The position numbers were made by a program, and so were the translations under genes. The notes below the pieces were generated by a model. It made no database searches. It saw nothing but the letters and a program-made list of their open reading frames with translations, and was not told where the DNA came from. This document shows positions 29,235-39,355 of a DNA stretch of 54,713 nucleotides, piece after piece. The stretch lies in assembly GCA_964641245.1 (NCBI GenBank), contig CAZXML010000007.1:1-54713 (forward strand), in the 5' to 3' direction. Source of the stretch: an uncultured Gammaproteobacteria bacterium. Lineage in GTDB: Bacteria > Patescibacteriota > Patescibacteriia > Magasanikbacterales > GWA2-37-8. The first letter of the stretch is position 1; every line of letters begins with the position of its first letter.

Positions 29235-30833
29235 ATGCCCAAATTTACCGTAATAATCGGCATGGAGGTGCACGTAGAGCTTAAAACCAAAAGCAAGATG
29301 TTTTGCGCGTGCAAAAATGATCCGGACCGCGCGGAGCCAAACACCAATGTCTGTGAAATTTGCCTGGCTCACCCGGGCACTTTGCCCGTGCCAAACAAAA
29401 CCGCCATAGAATGGGCGGCAAAAATTGCTAAGGCTTTAAACTGCAAAATAAATACTAACAGCAAATTTGACCGCAAGCATTATTTTTATCCGGACCTGCC
29501 TAAAGGCTACCAGATTTCTCAATTTGACCAGCCCATCGGCGAACATGGTTTTATAGACCTGGAATTTTTGCCTGTCCCGACTTTGCCTTTGGCGGCAAAG
29601 TCGCGGATCCTCGATTTTGGCCAAGACAAAATCGGGAGAAAAAATGTGCGCGACAATGCCAAAATTGGCGTTACCAGAGTTCACTTGGAAGAAGACACAG
29701 CCAAGTTAACTCATGCTTCCGCCGGAAAAACCCTAGTGGATTTTAACCGCGCCGGTGTTCCGCTGGTAGAAATTGTTTCCGAACCGGACATTGCCAGCGC
29801 GGCTGAAGCCAAGGCTTATTGCCAAGAACTGCAAATGATTTTCCGCTACCTAGACGTCAGCGACGCCGATATGGAAAAAGGCCACATGCGCTGTGAAGTA
29901 AATATTTCCGTTCAGGAAGAAGGTAAGTTTATAAATGATAACGGTGTAATAAAACCGATGGCCGGCTCCACCCTTAATCACAAGGTGGAAGTAAAAAATA
30001 TTAATTCCTTCCGCGCCGTAGAAAAAGCCATTGAATTTGAAATTCAAAGACAAACCAAAATGATAGAAAATGGCGAAGTATGGCCACAACAAACCAGAGG
30101 CTGGGATGATAATTCCGGCGGTACCGTTATGCAAAGAGAAAAAGAAACGGCCGCTGATTATCGCTACTTCCCCGAACCGGACATCCCTCCTTTTCATCCG
30201 GAAAAAATCGCGGGCAATTTAGATTTGCCGGAATTACCACAGGCCAAACGCGCTCGCTTCCGAAACGAGTATGGTTTTTCGTATGCCGATGCCGAGATTT
30301 TGTCTTCCGACCCGTATTGGGCCGGTTATGTCGAAAATATAATGACAGAACTAAATGAATGGATCCATAATTTTGAAGCAGGAAAGCACGACGACCACCT
30401 CTCTGCTCAACTGGCGCGCCTGGCTGGAGGGTGGATTACCAGCAAACTAATGGGCGCAATGGCCGAGAGAAAAATTGATATCCGGATTTTAAAATTAAAA
30501 CCGGAAAATTTTGCGGAACTCGTTGCCTTGATTTACACTAATAAAGTGAATTCCACCAACGCTCAAAAAATCTTGGTAGAAATGATAGATTCCGGCGTGG
30601 ATATGGACCCCACTCATATTATGGAGGAAAAAGGCTACGGCCAGATTAGCGACGAAGGAAAACTTTCCGAAGTAGTGGAAGAAGTAATAAAAAACTACCC
30701 CAAACAGGTAGAACAATTCAAAGCCGGCAAGGAACAAATTCTTCAATTCTTAAAAGGCATGGTGATGAAAGCCACCGAAGGCAGCGCCGATCCGCTGGTA
30801 GCAGAGAAACTCCTCCGCGAAAAAATGAAATAA
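29235..30833 (+). CDS. gatB: Asp/Glu-tRNA amidotransferase subunit B with an in-frame insertion
   Basis: IGMEVHVEL, FDRKHYFYPDLPKGYQISQ, HLEEDTAK, DYRYFPEPD. Confidence 0.98.
   Translation: MPKFTVIIGMEVHVELKTKSKMFCACKNDPDRAEPNTNVCEICLAHPGTLPVPNKTAIEWAAKIAKALNCKINTNSKFDRKHYFYPDLPKGYQISQFDQPIGEHGFIDLEFLPVPTLPLAAKSRILDFGQDKIGRKNVRDNAKIGVTRVHLEEDTAKLTHASAGKTLVDFNRAGVPLVEIVSEPDIASAAEAKAYCQELQMIFRYLDVSDADMEKGHMRCEVNISVQEEGKFINDNGVIKPMAGSTLNHKVEVKNINSFRAVEKAIEFEIQRQTKMIENGEVWPQQTRGWDDNSGGTVMQREKETAADYRYFPEPDIPPFHPEKIAGNLDLPELPQAKRARFRNEYGFSYADAEILSSDPYWAGYVENIMTELNEWIHNFEAGKHDDHLSAQLARLAGGWITSKLMGAMAERKIDIRILKLKPENFAELVALIYTNKVNSTNAQKILVEMIDSGVDMDPTHIMEEKGYGQISDEGKLSEVVEEVIKNYPKQVEQFKAGKEQILQFLKGMVMKATEGSADPLVAEKLLREKMK
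29574..29637. repeat. Double-hairpin element family E, in frame in gatB
   Basis: GTCCCGACTTTGCC..GGCAAAGTCGCGGATCCTCGATTTT..AAAATCGGGA; inverted sister copy at 42349-42411. Confidence 0.85.
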
Positions 30834-30866
30834 AAAAAATCCCCGATTAAATCGGGGATTTTTTTT
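30832..30866. terminator. Bidirectional terminator between gatB and arginase
   Basis: AAAAAAAATCCCCGATTAAATCGGGGATTTTTTTT. Confidence 0.85.
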
Positions 30867-30872
30867 ATTTAT

Positions 30873-31853
30873 TTATTTTAATTTCTCCGCCGCCTTTTTC
30901 ATATACTGGGCGTACCAGCTATAATCCGCGCCCAAAAAATAAGAGATAAGTTCCATGGCCAGCTTGGCGGTTTTATTATCAATATCCATTGCCGGAACAA
31001 TTTCCGCCACATCCATCCCCACCACATTGCATTTACGACCAATGTATTTTGCCAGATTGGTAACTTCCCGGTAATTAAGAGATCCATTTGTGCCCATTAA
31101 AGTTGCCGGAGAATCATTTTTATCTATTCCGTCCATATCCAAACAAATCCAAACATTTTTTACTCTCTTGGCTAAATCGTCCACCGCTTGAGTCATGTGC
31201 CCAAAACCTTTTTGCAGTAAATCCATTATGGTAATGGCGTTTAATTTTTCCGAGCGGATTAAATTTATTTCATCCTGATCCAAATCTTTTAGTCCGATGA
31301 ATAAAAAATTTTCTTTGGCCACTTTTGCTCCCGGCTTAAAAATATTTACCAAATCCGGATGGCCCATACCCATCGCGGCCGAGGCTGGCATACCGTGAAC
31401 ATTCCCGGACAAAGTATTGGTATCGGTCATAATGTCGGCGTGCACGTCTATCCAAATAACTCCCAAATCACCGTCACAAGCTGCCGATGCGCCGGCAATG
31501 GTGCCAAACGAAACACACTGGTCGCCCCCGATGGCGAGTACTTTATTTTGCGCCGAAACTTCCTGAAAAGTTAATCTGGCGGTCTCCTGCGAAACTCGCA
31601 CAATCTCTTTTAAGAATTTAGTTTTAGGATTTCCCAGTTCCAATTCCGATTTGTGGCCACAGGCCAGATTACCCATATCCTCCACCAAAAATCCAATGTC
31701 AACAAACATTTCCATTAGTCCCTGTTCCCGCAAATAATCCGGCGCCGCATTATTGCCGTTACCCTCTTTTCCCAAATCAATAGGCACGCCAAAAACATTT
31801 ACTTTGATTTTCGGATTCGTTTTTTCGTAAAAAACCAAATTGTCGTTAGACAT
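30873..31853 (-). CDS. Arginase family (ureohydrolase) protein
   Basis: GGDQC, WIDVHAD, SGNVHGMP, LDMDGID, AEIVP. Confidence 0.9.
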   Translation of the reverse strand: MSNDNLVFYEKTNPKIKVNVFGVPIDLGKEGNGNNAAPDYLREQGLMEMFVDIGFLVEDMGNLACGHKSELELGNPKTKFLKEIVRVSQETARLTFQEVSAQNKVLAIGGDQCVSFGTIAGASAACDGDLGVIWIDVHADIMTDTNTLSGNVHGMPASAAMGMGHPDLVNIFKPGAKVAKENFLFIGLKDLDQDEINLIRSEKLNAITIMDLLQKGFGHMTQAVDDLAKRVKNVWICLDMDGIDKNDSPATLMGTNGSLNYREVTNLAKYIGRKCNVVGMDVAEIVPAMDIDNKTAKLAMELISYFLGADYSWYAQYMKKAAEKLK

Positions 31854-31870
31854 AACTTAAATTTTATGAA

Positions 31871-31974
31871 TAGGCGCAAAAGATATTAATTTTTTTGTGG
31901 CCATCGCACCCCCAGGGGGGGGGTGCCCCGCAGAGGGCATTTGGCCGCAAGAAAATTAATATCTTTTGCGCCTA
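31871..31974. mobile_element. MITE-like element: 33-bp terminal inverted repeats (2 mismatches) starting and ending in TA, GC-rich core
   Basis: TAGGCGCAAAAGATATTAATTTTTTTGTGGCCA ... TGGCCGCAAGAAAATTAATATCTTTTGCGCCTA; includes the ruvA stop. Confidence 0.65.
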
Positions 31975-32541
31975 CTTAATTCTCTGCAACGCTTCTTTTA
32001 ATAACTGCTCGCTGGTCTTTCCTTTTACATCAAGGTTTTTTACCGCTTCTCTGGCTTCAATAAATGAATAACCCAAAGCCGCCAAACCTTCCACCACATC
32101 TCCCAGCGCTCCCTCAAATTCTTCCAGCCCTGTCTGCCCGCCGCCAACTTTATTTTTTAATTCCACCAAAATTCTTTCGGCTGTTTTTTTACCGATCCCG
32201 CTGACATTGGTTAAATACGCCAAATCCGCCCGCCCAATTGCCGAGGAAATTTCCTGAACGCTACCTAAAGATAAAAGATGCAAAGCGGTTTTTGGACCAA
32301 TTCCGCTGACCAATAAAAATTTTTCAAATAATTCTTTTTCACTTCCATTCGCAAACCCGTACAAATCCAAAGACCCTTCTCTTACCGCCAAATAAGTTAA
32401 AATCTCCACCTCCGCGCCCACTTGCCAATTTTTGGCCGAAGTCGCGCTAACCATTACTTCATAACCAACACCGCCGGCAGTTAAAACCGTAAGTTTACCC
32501 CCGTTGTTGGCCGCCACTTTACCTTTTATTAGAGAAATCAT
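31972..32541 (-). CDS. ruvA: Holliday junction branch migration protein RuvA
   Basis: GGVGYEV, LYGF, VSGIGPKTAL, GIGKKTAERILVELK. Confidence 0.97.
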   Translation of the reverse strand: MISLIKGKVAANNGGKLTVLTAGGVGYEVMVSATSAKNWQVGAEVEILTYLAVREGSLDLYGFANGSEKELFEKFLLVSGIGPKTALHLLSLGSVQEISSAIGRADLAYLTNVSGIGKKTAERILVELKNKVGGGQTGLEEFEGALGDVVEGLAALGYSFIEAREAVKNLDVKGKTSEQLLKEALQRIK

Positions 32542-32559
32542 ACCCTGCTATCTTACCAT

Positions 32560-33525
32560 CTATTTCTTTTTTGTTCTACTTACCCGCATTAAGCCGCTGC
32601 ACGGCACTATTTCCACGCCTTTTTTCTCCAGTTCATCCAAATAAAGATTCATACCCAATGAATCGGAAGACATGTGGCCCGCTATCAGAACATTCATATG
32701 GTACTCGGTAGCCTTTTCACGGGAATCATCACGCATGTGCATGCCCACCAAAGTACTGACGCCGGCGCGGGAAAGTTCGGCATAAACTTTGCTGGATGGA
32801 TTGGTACCGCCGGTCATTTCCACAAAAAGTTTTCCCACTTTGTTTCGGGGGTTACCGGCAAATAAACCAGGACCCGCTCCCCGTCTTTTGGCTTCCTGAT
32901 ATTCCGGAATTTCCATCAGCGCCTTCATAATGTCGCCCACTGTTTCCGGTTTTTTCTTGGCCAAAAAATCTTCCAAAAATTTGGTGACTAAATTATCTGT
33001 TGGCGTATGCATGTTCAATAAATTTACACCCAACGCTTTGGCTGTATCTATAATCTGATAATGATTGACCGGATGCAAACCGCGGCCAACTTCCCGGATT
33101 CTTTCTTCCATCAGTCTTTCGGCCGTATGCACCGGCACGCCCAAATTTTCATACATCTCGGCAATCATATCCATCACTCCGTGCAAACTGGCCAAACTGC
33201 CGCCAATGGGGTGATGCCCAATAACAGCGTCAATTTTTTTACCGCGTTCATTTAATTGGGTAGCCAACAAAATTTCTCCCGGCCCAATATCTATTCCGGC
33301 CAAAACTCTTTTGATGGGCGCTTTTTGGTCGCCGCAATGAATCCGGCAATCGTCATAAGGATTTACCAATTTTTCCTCATCAAAATATTTCTTGTCTTCC
33401 GGCTTTAAATCGTTAAATTCTTTTTTACTCCGTTCCAAATATTTTTTTACGCTCTTCTGCCCGCGAGGATCTGTTTCCATGCCCAATTTTAGACCTAAAT
33501 CGTAAACTTGTTTGAGGGTTAACAT
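32560..33525 (-). CDS. NIF3-like (NGG1p-interacting factor) metal-binding protein
   Basis: GID, HHPIG, HTPTDN, GMHM, AGHMSSDSLG. Confidence 0.8.
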   Translation of the reverse strand: MLTLKQVYDLGLKLGMETDPRGQKSVKKYLERSKKEFNDLKPEDKKYFDEEKLVNPYDDCRIHCGDQKAPIKRVLAGIDIGPGEILLATQLNERGKKIDAVIGHHPIGGSLASLHGVMDMIAEMYENLGVPVHTAERLMEERIREVGRGLHPVNHYQIIDTAKALGVNLLNMHTPTDNLVTKFLEDFLAKKKPETVGDIMKALMEIPEYQEAKRRGAGPGLFAGNPRNKVGKLFVEMTGGTNPSSKVYAELSRAGVSTLVGMHMRDDSREKATEYHMNVLIAGHMSSDSLGMNLYLDELEKKGVEIVPCSGLMRVSRTKKK

Positions 33526-33537
33526 ATGAATATTATT

Positions 33538-33607
33538 TGTCATGCTGAACTTGTTTCAGCATCTATTTTTTAATTGCTTTAGATCCTGAAACAAGCTCAG
33601 GATGACA
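33538..33607. repeat. Family A element, intergenic
   Basis: TGTCATGCTGAACTTGTTTCAGCATCT...AGATCCTGAAACAAGCTCAGGATGACA. Confidence 0.9.
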
Positions 33608-33683
33608 TTACTTAATTTAAGATAATTTACTCCAAAAGAAGCCTTATGTCAATTATGCGGCTGTAAATAATTTAAGGCTCAAT

Positions 33684-34613
33684 TTATAAAGCGCTGAATT
33701 TTTTCAAAGCATCCTTTATGCTTAAAAAAACCTGGTCTTTCTCATAACCCGTATTTTTATGCGCGGAATAAAGCCTTTCTTTGCTAGAGATTATTGAAAC
33801 TATCAATTCATTTTTTTCATCAAAAATTTTTGCCAAATCTTTCTTTCCCGAACTGCTTGCATATTTGGAAAATACACTTAATTGCGCGGAAATTTCATTC
33901 AAAATTATAAGTTGAATAGGATGGGAATCGAAATTTTTTTTAAATTTTTTATCTTCCACCCACATGGCCGCTAACTGCAAAACTGTTCCGTGTTCCGCGC
34001 CCACAATTACTCTGGGCACTAAATCTACAGAACCAAGTTCTCCGGTTTCCGAGTTTCGTCCGTACTTAATCCGTCCCAACGCGCCGCTATCAATCTGCGT
34101 TTTTATTTTTGCTAATTTTGTAGCCGGATTCTGGGTGTATGTCACATCAATTCCTAAACCCAGCGGTTTTTCCTGATCCTCATAACGCGCCACCAAATCA
34201 ATTCCATTTTTTACGTCATCAAAACGGGAAGTTTTTGAAATAATACCTTTTCCAAGCCACTCGCACATTTCCGCCTTTTCAAAAATTATACACTCAAATA
34301 TATCCGCCAATTTTTTAAACTTTTCACCCTCCGGATCACGGGAATAGTCCGCGCTAAATAATTTTTCCAGCCTCGTAATTTCCGCTATGTCTTTTTGTAT
34401 TTCTTCCATCGAATATATCCCGGAAAACTCCTCAAGATTAATTGTATTATCCGCATCATTATTAATTTCCCAAACTTTTTTCAAAGCATCTCTGATAACA
34501 CGACCGCTCCAGGTCGCCAGCACTTCACGGTCCATTTCTTTTGGATTTGGAATGGCGGGCGTTGTTGCCCTGAAATCAGGCGAATTACCCTTCCCTGCAT
34601 ATCTGTCTGACAT
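33684..34613 (-). CDS. Hypothetical protein, possibly PD-(D/E)xK-like
   Basis: 309 aa; FE..., SRFDDVKNGIDLV..., GIDVT acidic motif pattern. Confidence 0.65.
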   Translation of the reverse strand: MSDRYAGKGNSPDFRATTPAIPNPKEMDREVLATWSGRVIRDALKKVWEINNDADNTINLEEFSGIYSMEEIQKDIAEITRLEKLFSADYSRDPEGEKFKKLADIFECIIFEKAEMCEWLGKGIISKTSRFDDVKNGIDLVARYEDQEKPLGLGIDVTYTQNPATKLAKIKTQIDSGALGRIKYGRNSETGELGSVDLVPRVIVGAEHGTVLQLAAMWVEDKKFKKNFDSHPIQLIILNEISAQLSVFSKYASSSGKKDLAKIFDEKNELIVSIISSKERLYSAHKNTGYEKDQVFLSIKDALKKFSAL

Positions 34614-34623
34614 ATAAAGAGTA

Positions 34624-37524
34624 TTAAATTCTTGTTATCTCGATTTTGGAGTTTATGCCGTCAATAACAACATCATTATGCGCTTCACCCTCTTCCACAA
34701 AACCGGCCAAAACGGCTTTCTTGATTTCTTCGACAAAGTCCACAAATACGGCTTTTAACAACACGTCTTCAGTACTGTATTTTACTATCACCCTATCGGC
34801 AATAGTCATTTTTTGATCTTTGCGAATTTGATTTATTGTCCGTACCACTTCCCGGAGCAAACCTTCTTTTTTCAGTTCGTCGGTTAAAACCGTATCCAAA
34901 ACAACCTTATTTTTATCGGCTTCGTCGCCTTTAACGGCTTCAACATTTTTTACGTTCAACTCATCCGCAATAATTTGTTTTAGTCCATCTTCTAATTGAT
35001 AATAAATTGTTAATTTATTCAACGGCTGTCGGACTTTGATGCCTTGTTCCGCGCGTAAAGCCAACACGGTTTCCACAGTTTTGCGCGCTAACTCCATCAC
35101 TTCTAACAATTTATTATTCATCATTTTTTTGTCCACCTCGGGCCAATTCTCCAAATGGACACTTTCTTTTTCTCCTTTCAAAATTAAATAAATTTTTTCC
35201 GCCATAAAAGGAGTAAACGGCGCCATTACTTTAGCGAGGGTATTAAGTATTAAGTATAAAGTATTAAGCGCTTGCGATTTGTCTTTCTCGTCATCTCCCT
35301 TAAACCGGTCGCGCGAACGGCGCACATACCACTGCGAAAGTTCGGTCACAAAATCCACAATCGGCCGGCTCGCATCCACAATTTTATATGCCTCCATGCC
35401 GGCGGTAACATCTCTAATTAAAATTTGCAGTTTTGCTAAGATCCATTTGTCCAATACATTATCGGACTTTTGACTTTTGACTTTTGACTTTTGACTTTCG
35501 TTTGCGAACATGAGGTAAAATTCCAAAACATTATAAACCGTATTGATTAGTTTGTTATACATTTCGCGCACACCGGCTTCGGAAAAATTTAAAGCTTCGG
35601 CTTGCATTACCGGCGAAGTAGCCAAATAATAACGCATGGCATCGGCGCCGTATTTTTCCAAAACTATTTCCGGCTCCGGATAATTTTTTAAACGCTTGCT
35701 CATTTTCTTTCCGTCTTCAGCCAGCACAATGCCGTTTACAATTACATTTTTAAAAGCGGGCTCACTCTTTTTTACAGGAATGGCCGGCTTCTTGCCAACG
35801 GTTAAAGCGGTAGCCAAAACATGCAAAGTATAAAACCAACCGCGCGTTTGATCTTGGCCTTCAGCAATAAACTCGGCCGGAAAACTGGCTTCAAATTTTT
35901 TCTTATTCTCAAATGGGTAATGCATTTGGCCGTATGGCATACTGCCGGATTCAAACCAACAATCCAAAACCTCGGGGATGCGTTTATATTTTTTTCCGTC
36001 TTTAGTAATAATTAAGCCGTCTATAAAATGCTTGTGTAAATCCGCAACTTTTTCACCACATAACTTTTCCAATTCGTCTTTACTGCCAACACAAACCATT
36101 GCACCATTTTCACCTTCCCAAAGCGGCAACGGAGTTCCCCAAAAACGGCTGCGGCTAATCGCCCAATCGCGCGCCCCTTCCAGCCACACGCCAAACCGTC
36201 CTTCTTTAATATGTTCCGGCACCCAATTTATTTTGGCATTATTTTTTAAAAGCTGACTTTTTAATTCCGTCACCCGCACAAACCAGCTGGTAGTGGCGTA
36301 ATTTAAAAGCGGAGTATCACAACGCCAGCAATGCGGGTAGCTGTGTTCTATTTTTAGTTTACTAAATAATTTACCGTTATGCGCCAACCACTTGATTATT
36401 TCCACATCCGCCTTGGTCACATCGTCTTTTGGTTTTACATCCATGCCCGCAAAATCCGTTACGGCCGGCGCAAATTTACCGTCCATACTTACATGCTGAA
36501 CGAGTGGCAAACCTTCGGCCTTTCCAACCTTAAAGTCGTCTTCGCCAAACGCCGGAGCAATATGCACAATGCCGGTACCGTCTGTGGTAGTGACGAATTC
36601 CGCCGCCACCACGCGAAAAGCTTTAGGCGTATCTTTATAATATGGAAACAAAGGTTCGTACTCCAAACCAACTAATTCCGACCCCTTATATCTTCCCTCT
36701 TCCTGATATTTTTTATCTTTGAGAACTTCTTCGGCGCGTTCCCGAGCCACAATAAAATATCCCTCTTCCCCTTCTATACTTACCAACAAATATTCAATAT
36801 CATGACCCACCGCCAACAAAACATTCCCTGGCAAAGTCCAAGGCGTTGTCGTCCAAGCAAGAATGTAAACATCGCCCTTCAAATTCTTAATTCTTGATTC
36901 ATAATTCTTAATTCTAAATTTCGCCGTCACAGAAATATCTTTTATATCTTTATACCCCTGTGTCACCTCAAAATTAGAAAGTGTAGTTTCGCATCGCGGA
37001 CAAAGATGCATGGCCTTATAATCTTTGTAAATCAGACCCTTATCCCAAAGCTGTTTAAATACCCACCAAACGCTTTCCATATAACCCGGATCCATGGTTT
37101 TGTAATCATTTTGCATGTCCACCCAGCGCCCCATTCGTTTTATGGTTTTTTCCCATTCATGCGCGTACTTTAAAACCGTAGCCCTGCAAGCTTCGTTAAA
37201 TTTGCCGACACCGTAGGCTTCAATATCTTTTTTGGTAGCCAAACTAAGTTCTTTTTCTATAATATTTTCTATAGGAAGTCCGTGGCAATCCCAACCCCAT
37301 TTACGCTCTACTCTAAACCCGCGCATGGTGAAATAACGCGGCACCACATCTTTCATGAGCGAAGCCACAATATGCCCATAATGAGGCAAGCCGGTAGCAA
37401 AAGGAGGCCCGTCATAAAAATGATAAGGTTTTTTTTCTGAGCGATTGGCAATGGATTTCTCAAAACATTGGTGTTCGTCCCAATACTCTAAAATCTTCTT
37501 TTCTTCTTCGTTGGAATTGTACAT
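34624..37524 (-). CDS. ileS: Isoleucine--tRNA ligase (IleRS2 type)
   Basis: YDGPPFATGLPHYGH, GWDCHGLP, WTTTPWTLP, EGQDQTRGWFY, KMSKR. Confidence 0.98.
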   Translation of the reverse strand: MYNSNEEEKKILEYWDEHQCFEKSIANRSEKKPYHFYDGPPFATGLPHYGHIVASLMKDVVPRYFTMRGFRVERKWGWDCHGLPIENIIEKELSLATKKDIEAYGVGKFNEACRATVLKYAHEWEKTIKRMGRWVDMQNDYKTMDPGYMESVWWVFKQLWDKGLIYKDYKAMHLCPRCETTLSNFEVTQGYKDIKDISVTAKFRIKNYESRIKNLKGDVYILAWTTTPWTLPGNVLLAVGHDIEYLLVSIEGEEGYFIVARERAEEVLKDKKYQEEGRYKGSELVGLEYEPLFPYYKDTPKAFRVVAAEFVTTTDGTGIVHIAPAFGEDDFKVGKAEGLPLVQHVSMDGKFAPAVTDFAGMDVKPKDDVTKADVEIIKWLAHNGKLFSKLKIEHSYPHCWRCDTPLLNYATTSWFVRVTELKSQLLKNNAKINWVPEHIKEGRFGVWLEGARDWAISRSRFWGTPLPLWEGENGAMVCVGSKDELEKLCGEKVADLHKHFIDGLIITKDGKKYKRIPEVLDCWFESGSMPYGQMHYPFENKKKFEASFPAEFIAEGQDQTRGWFYTLHVLATALTVGKKPAIPVKKSEPAFKNVIVNGIVLAEDGKKMSKRLKNYPEPEIVLEKYGADAMRYYLATSPVMQAEALNFSEAGVREMYNKLINTVYNVLEFYLMFANESQKSKVKSQKSDNVLDKWILAKLQILIRDVTAGMEAYKIVDASRPIVDFVTELSQWYVRRSRDRFKGDDEKDKSQALNTLYLILNTLAKVMAPFTPFMAEKIYLILKGEKESVHLENWPEVDKKMMNNKLLEVMELARKTVETVLALRAEQGIKVRQPLNKLTIYYQLEDGLKQIIADELNVKNVEAVKGDEADKNKVVLDTVLTDELKKEGLLREVVRTINQIRKDQKMTIADRVIVKYSTEDVLLKAVFVDFVEEIKKAVLAGFVEEGEAHNDVVIDGINSKIEITRI
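35465..35498. repeat. (GACTTTT)x~5 heptamer array in frame in ileS (SQKSKVKSQKS)
   Basis: Perfect tandem heptamers; further arrays in ileS at 35240-35268 and 36882-36920. Confidence 0.85.
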
Positions 37525-37690
37525 AATTTTAGCTTGGTCAATAGAAATATATTAACAAAAAACCGCTTAACAGTCAAAGATTTTTGCATACTAAAAAGAC
37601 CCCCACGAGGTCTTTTTATTTGCTGTTTTAACTTCTTAGGTAGGACCCCCGACGAATCGAGGGCTAGTTGTGGAGGATGGCCTGGCGGAG

Positions 37691-37954
37691 TTAGAAGCTG
37701 GAATCCGGCCAGAACGGGTCATCGATGTTTGCGTGGCACATCTCACTCTCGGCATCGCATTCCTCGATATCCTCCTTTCCCCGGTTGTGACCGAGGATAT
37801 AGGAAGCACTCCCAGGCTCTGCCTGGTTCATGCCAGCGACCGCGTCGTTGTAACCGCGAGCCCACGCCTTGAGATCCTCTTCCTTCTTCGGACACCCAGG
37901 CTTATGCTTCTGGGCTAACTCCCACTTGCAAAACTGACACAAGTTCTTCGCCAT
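37691..37954 (-). CDS. Small Cys-containing hypothetical protein
   Basis: SD GGGAGG; TTGACA-17-TAATAT promoter at 38080-38052; CQFC..H..C. Confidence 0.6.
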   Translation of the reverse strand: MAKNLCQFCKWELAQKHKPGCPKKEEDLKAWARGYNDAVAGMNQAEPGSASYILGHNRGKEDIEECDAESEMCHANIDDPFWPDSSF

Positions 37955-38193
37955 CGCCAACCTCCCTTGTTTGATCCCATAACCGCCCGGGCACTTACCC
38001 GCGCAATCATGAGAATCCCACCTAAAAAGTTAAATTTTTAATGAACGGGTAATATTAGCACAAAATAGCCCGCTTGTCAATGCCTGATAAAACCGATATA
38101 ATTAAAGGCGTTAATTGGTAACTCGTTTATTGGTTTATTAGTTCAATTTTTGTCACCAATCAACTAATCCGCTACTCAACTAATCAACGCTCT

Positions 38194-38637
38194 ATGCTCT
38201 ACATCGCCTCGGACCACGCCGGTTATCAGCTTAAAAAAGAAATCATCAAATACCTGAAAATCCAGTTGAACAAAGAGGTAGAAGACATGGGGCCGGATGC
38301 TTTTGTGGAAACTGACGATTTTCCTGATTTTGCCATACCTCTGGCCAAAGCCGTAGCCAAAAACAAAGATAATTTTGGTATTTTAATCTGTGGGACCGGC
38401 CTGGGCATGTGTATTGTGGCCAACAAAATAAAAGGCGCCTACGCTATTTTGGGCTACACCCTTCGCGCCACCGAACTGGGACGCAAACATAACAACGCCA
38501 ACATCCTTTGTTTGCCGGAAAGAATGGCATCGCAGGATTTTATAAACGCTATTGTAAAAAAATTCCTGGAAACAAAATTTGCCGGCGACGAAAGATTTGT
38601 GAGAAGAAATGAAAAAATTCAGGAAATAGAAAAATAA
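38194..38637 (+). CDS. rpiB: Ribose-5-phosphate isomerase B
   Basis: IASDHAGY, GILICGTGLGM, ANKIKG, HNNANILCL. Confidence 0.95.
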   Translation: MLYIASDHAGYQLKKEIIKYLKIQLNKEVEDMGPDAFVETDDFPDFAIPLAKAVAKNKDNFGILICGTGLGMCIVANKIKGAYAILGYTLRATELGRKHNNANILCLPERMASQDFINAIVKKFLETKFAGDERFVRRNEKIQEIEK

Positions 38638-38642
38638 TTCAT

Positions 38643-38700
38643 TGTCATCCTGAACTTGTTTCAGGATCTACGTAGATGCTGAAATAAATTCAGCATGACA
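38643..38700. repeat. Family A element between rpiB and rpe
   Basis: TGTCATCCTGAACTTGTTTCAGGATCTACGTAGATGCTGAAATAAATTCAGCATGACA. Confidence 0.92.
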
Positions 38701-38712
38701 GATACACACATT

Positions 38713-39354
38713 ATGATCCCCTTAATCGTACCGGCCATACTCACCGATAGTTTTGCCACTTTCAAAGAACAGTTGGCAAAAATTGATAAACATTTTTCTT
38801 CCGTGCAAATAGATGTGCTGGACGGAATTTTTTTACCCAATAAAACCTTTTCGGAAAGAGAAGAGTTAAAAGATGTAAATTCCGAAGCGTATTTTGAATT
38901 GCATTTAATGGTTAAAGATCCGATTTCCGAAATAACCGGGTGGAAAGAGATAGACAGCGTAACCAATGTGGTTTTTCATATTGAAGCGGATACTAATCCG
39001 GAAGAATGTATAAAAATTATCAAACAACATGGTTGGAAAGCCGGCCTGGCTCTTAATCCGGAAACTCCCGTAGAAAAAATAATGCCCTACGTAAATTTGG
39101 TTGATGAAATTTTGTTTATGACCGTTCACCCCGGCCAGCAAGGCGCGCCATTTCTGCCGGAAGTTTTGGAAAAAATAAAAGAGTTTAAAAAACTTGGAAT
39201 AAATGTAGTTGTGTCGGCGGACGGCGGAATAAATAAAAATACTATAAAAAGCGTAGTAGATGCGGGAGCGGAAAAATTATACATCGGCGGAGCCATAACC
39301 CGCGCTGAAGATGTGGAAGCGGCGCATGAGGAATTAATTAATGTGGAATTATAG
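38713..39354 (+). CDS. rpe: Ribulose-phosphate 3-epimerase
   Basis: QIDVLDG.F.PN, ELHLMV, GLALNPETP, MTVHPG, DGGIN. Confidence 0.94.
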   Translation: MIPLIVPAILTDSFATFKEQLAKIDKHFSSVQIDVLDGIFLPNKTFSEREELKDVNSEAYFELHLMVKDPISEITGWKEIDSVTNVVFHIEADTNPEECIKIIKQHGWKAGLALNPETPVEKIMPYVNLVDEILFMTVHPGQQGAPFLPEVLEKIKEFKKLGINVVVSADGGINKNTIKSVVDAGAEKLYIGGAITRAEDVEAAHEELINVEL

Positions 39355-39355
39355 T

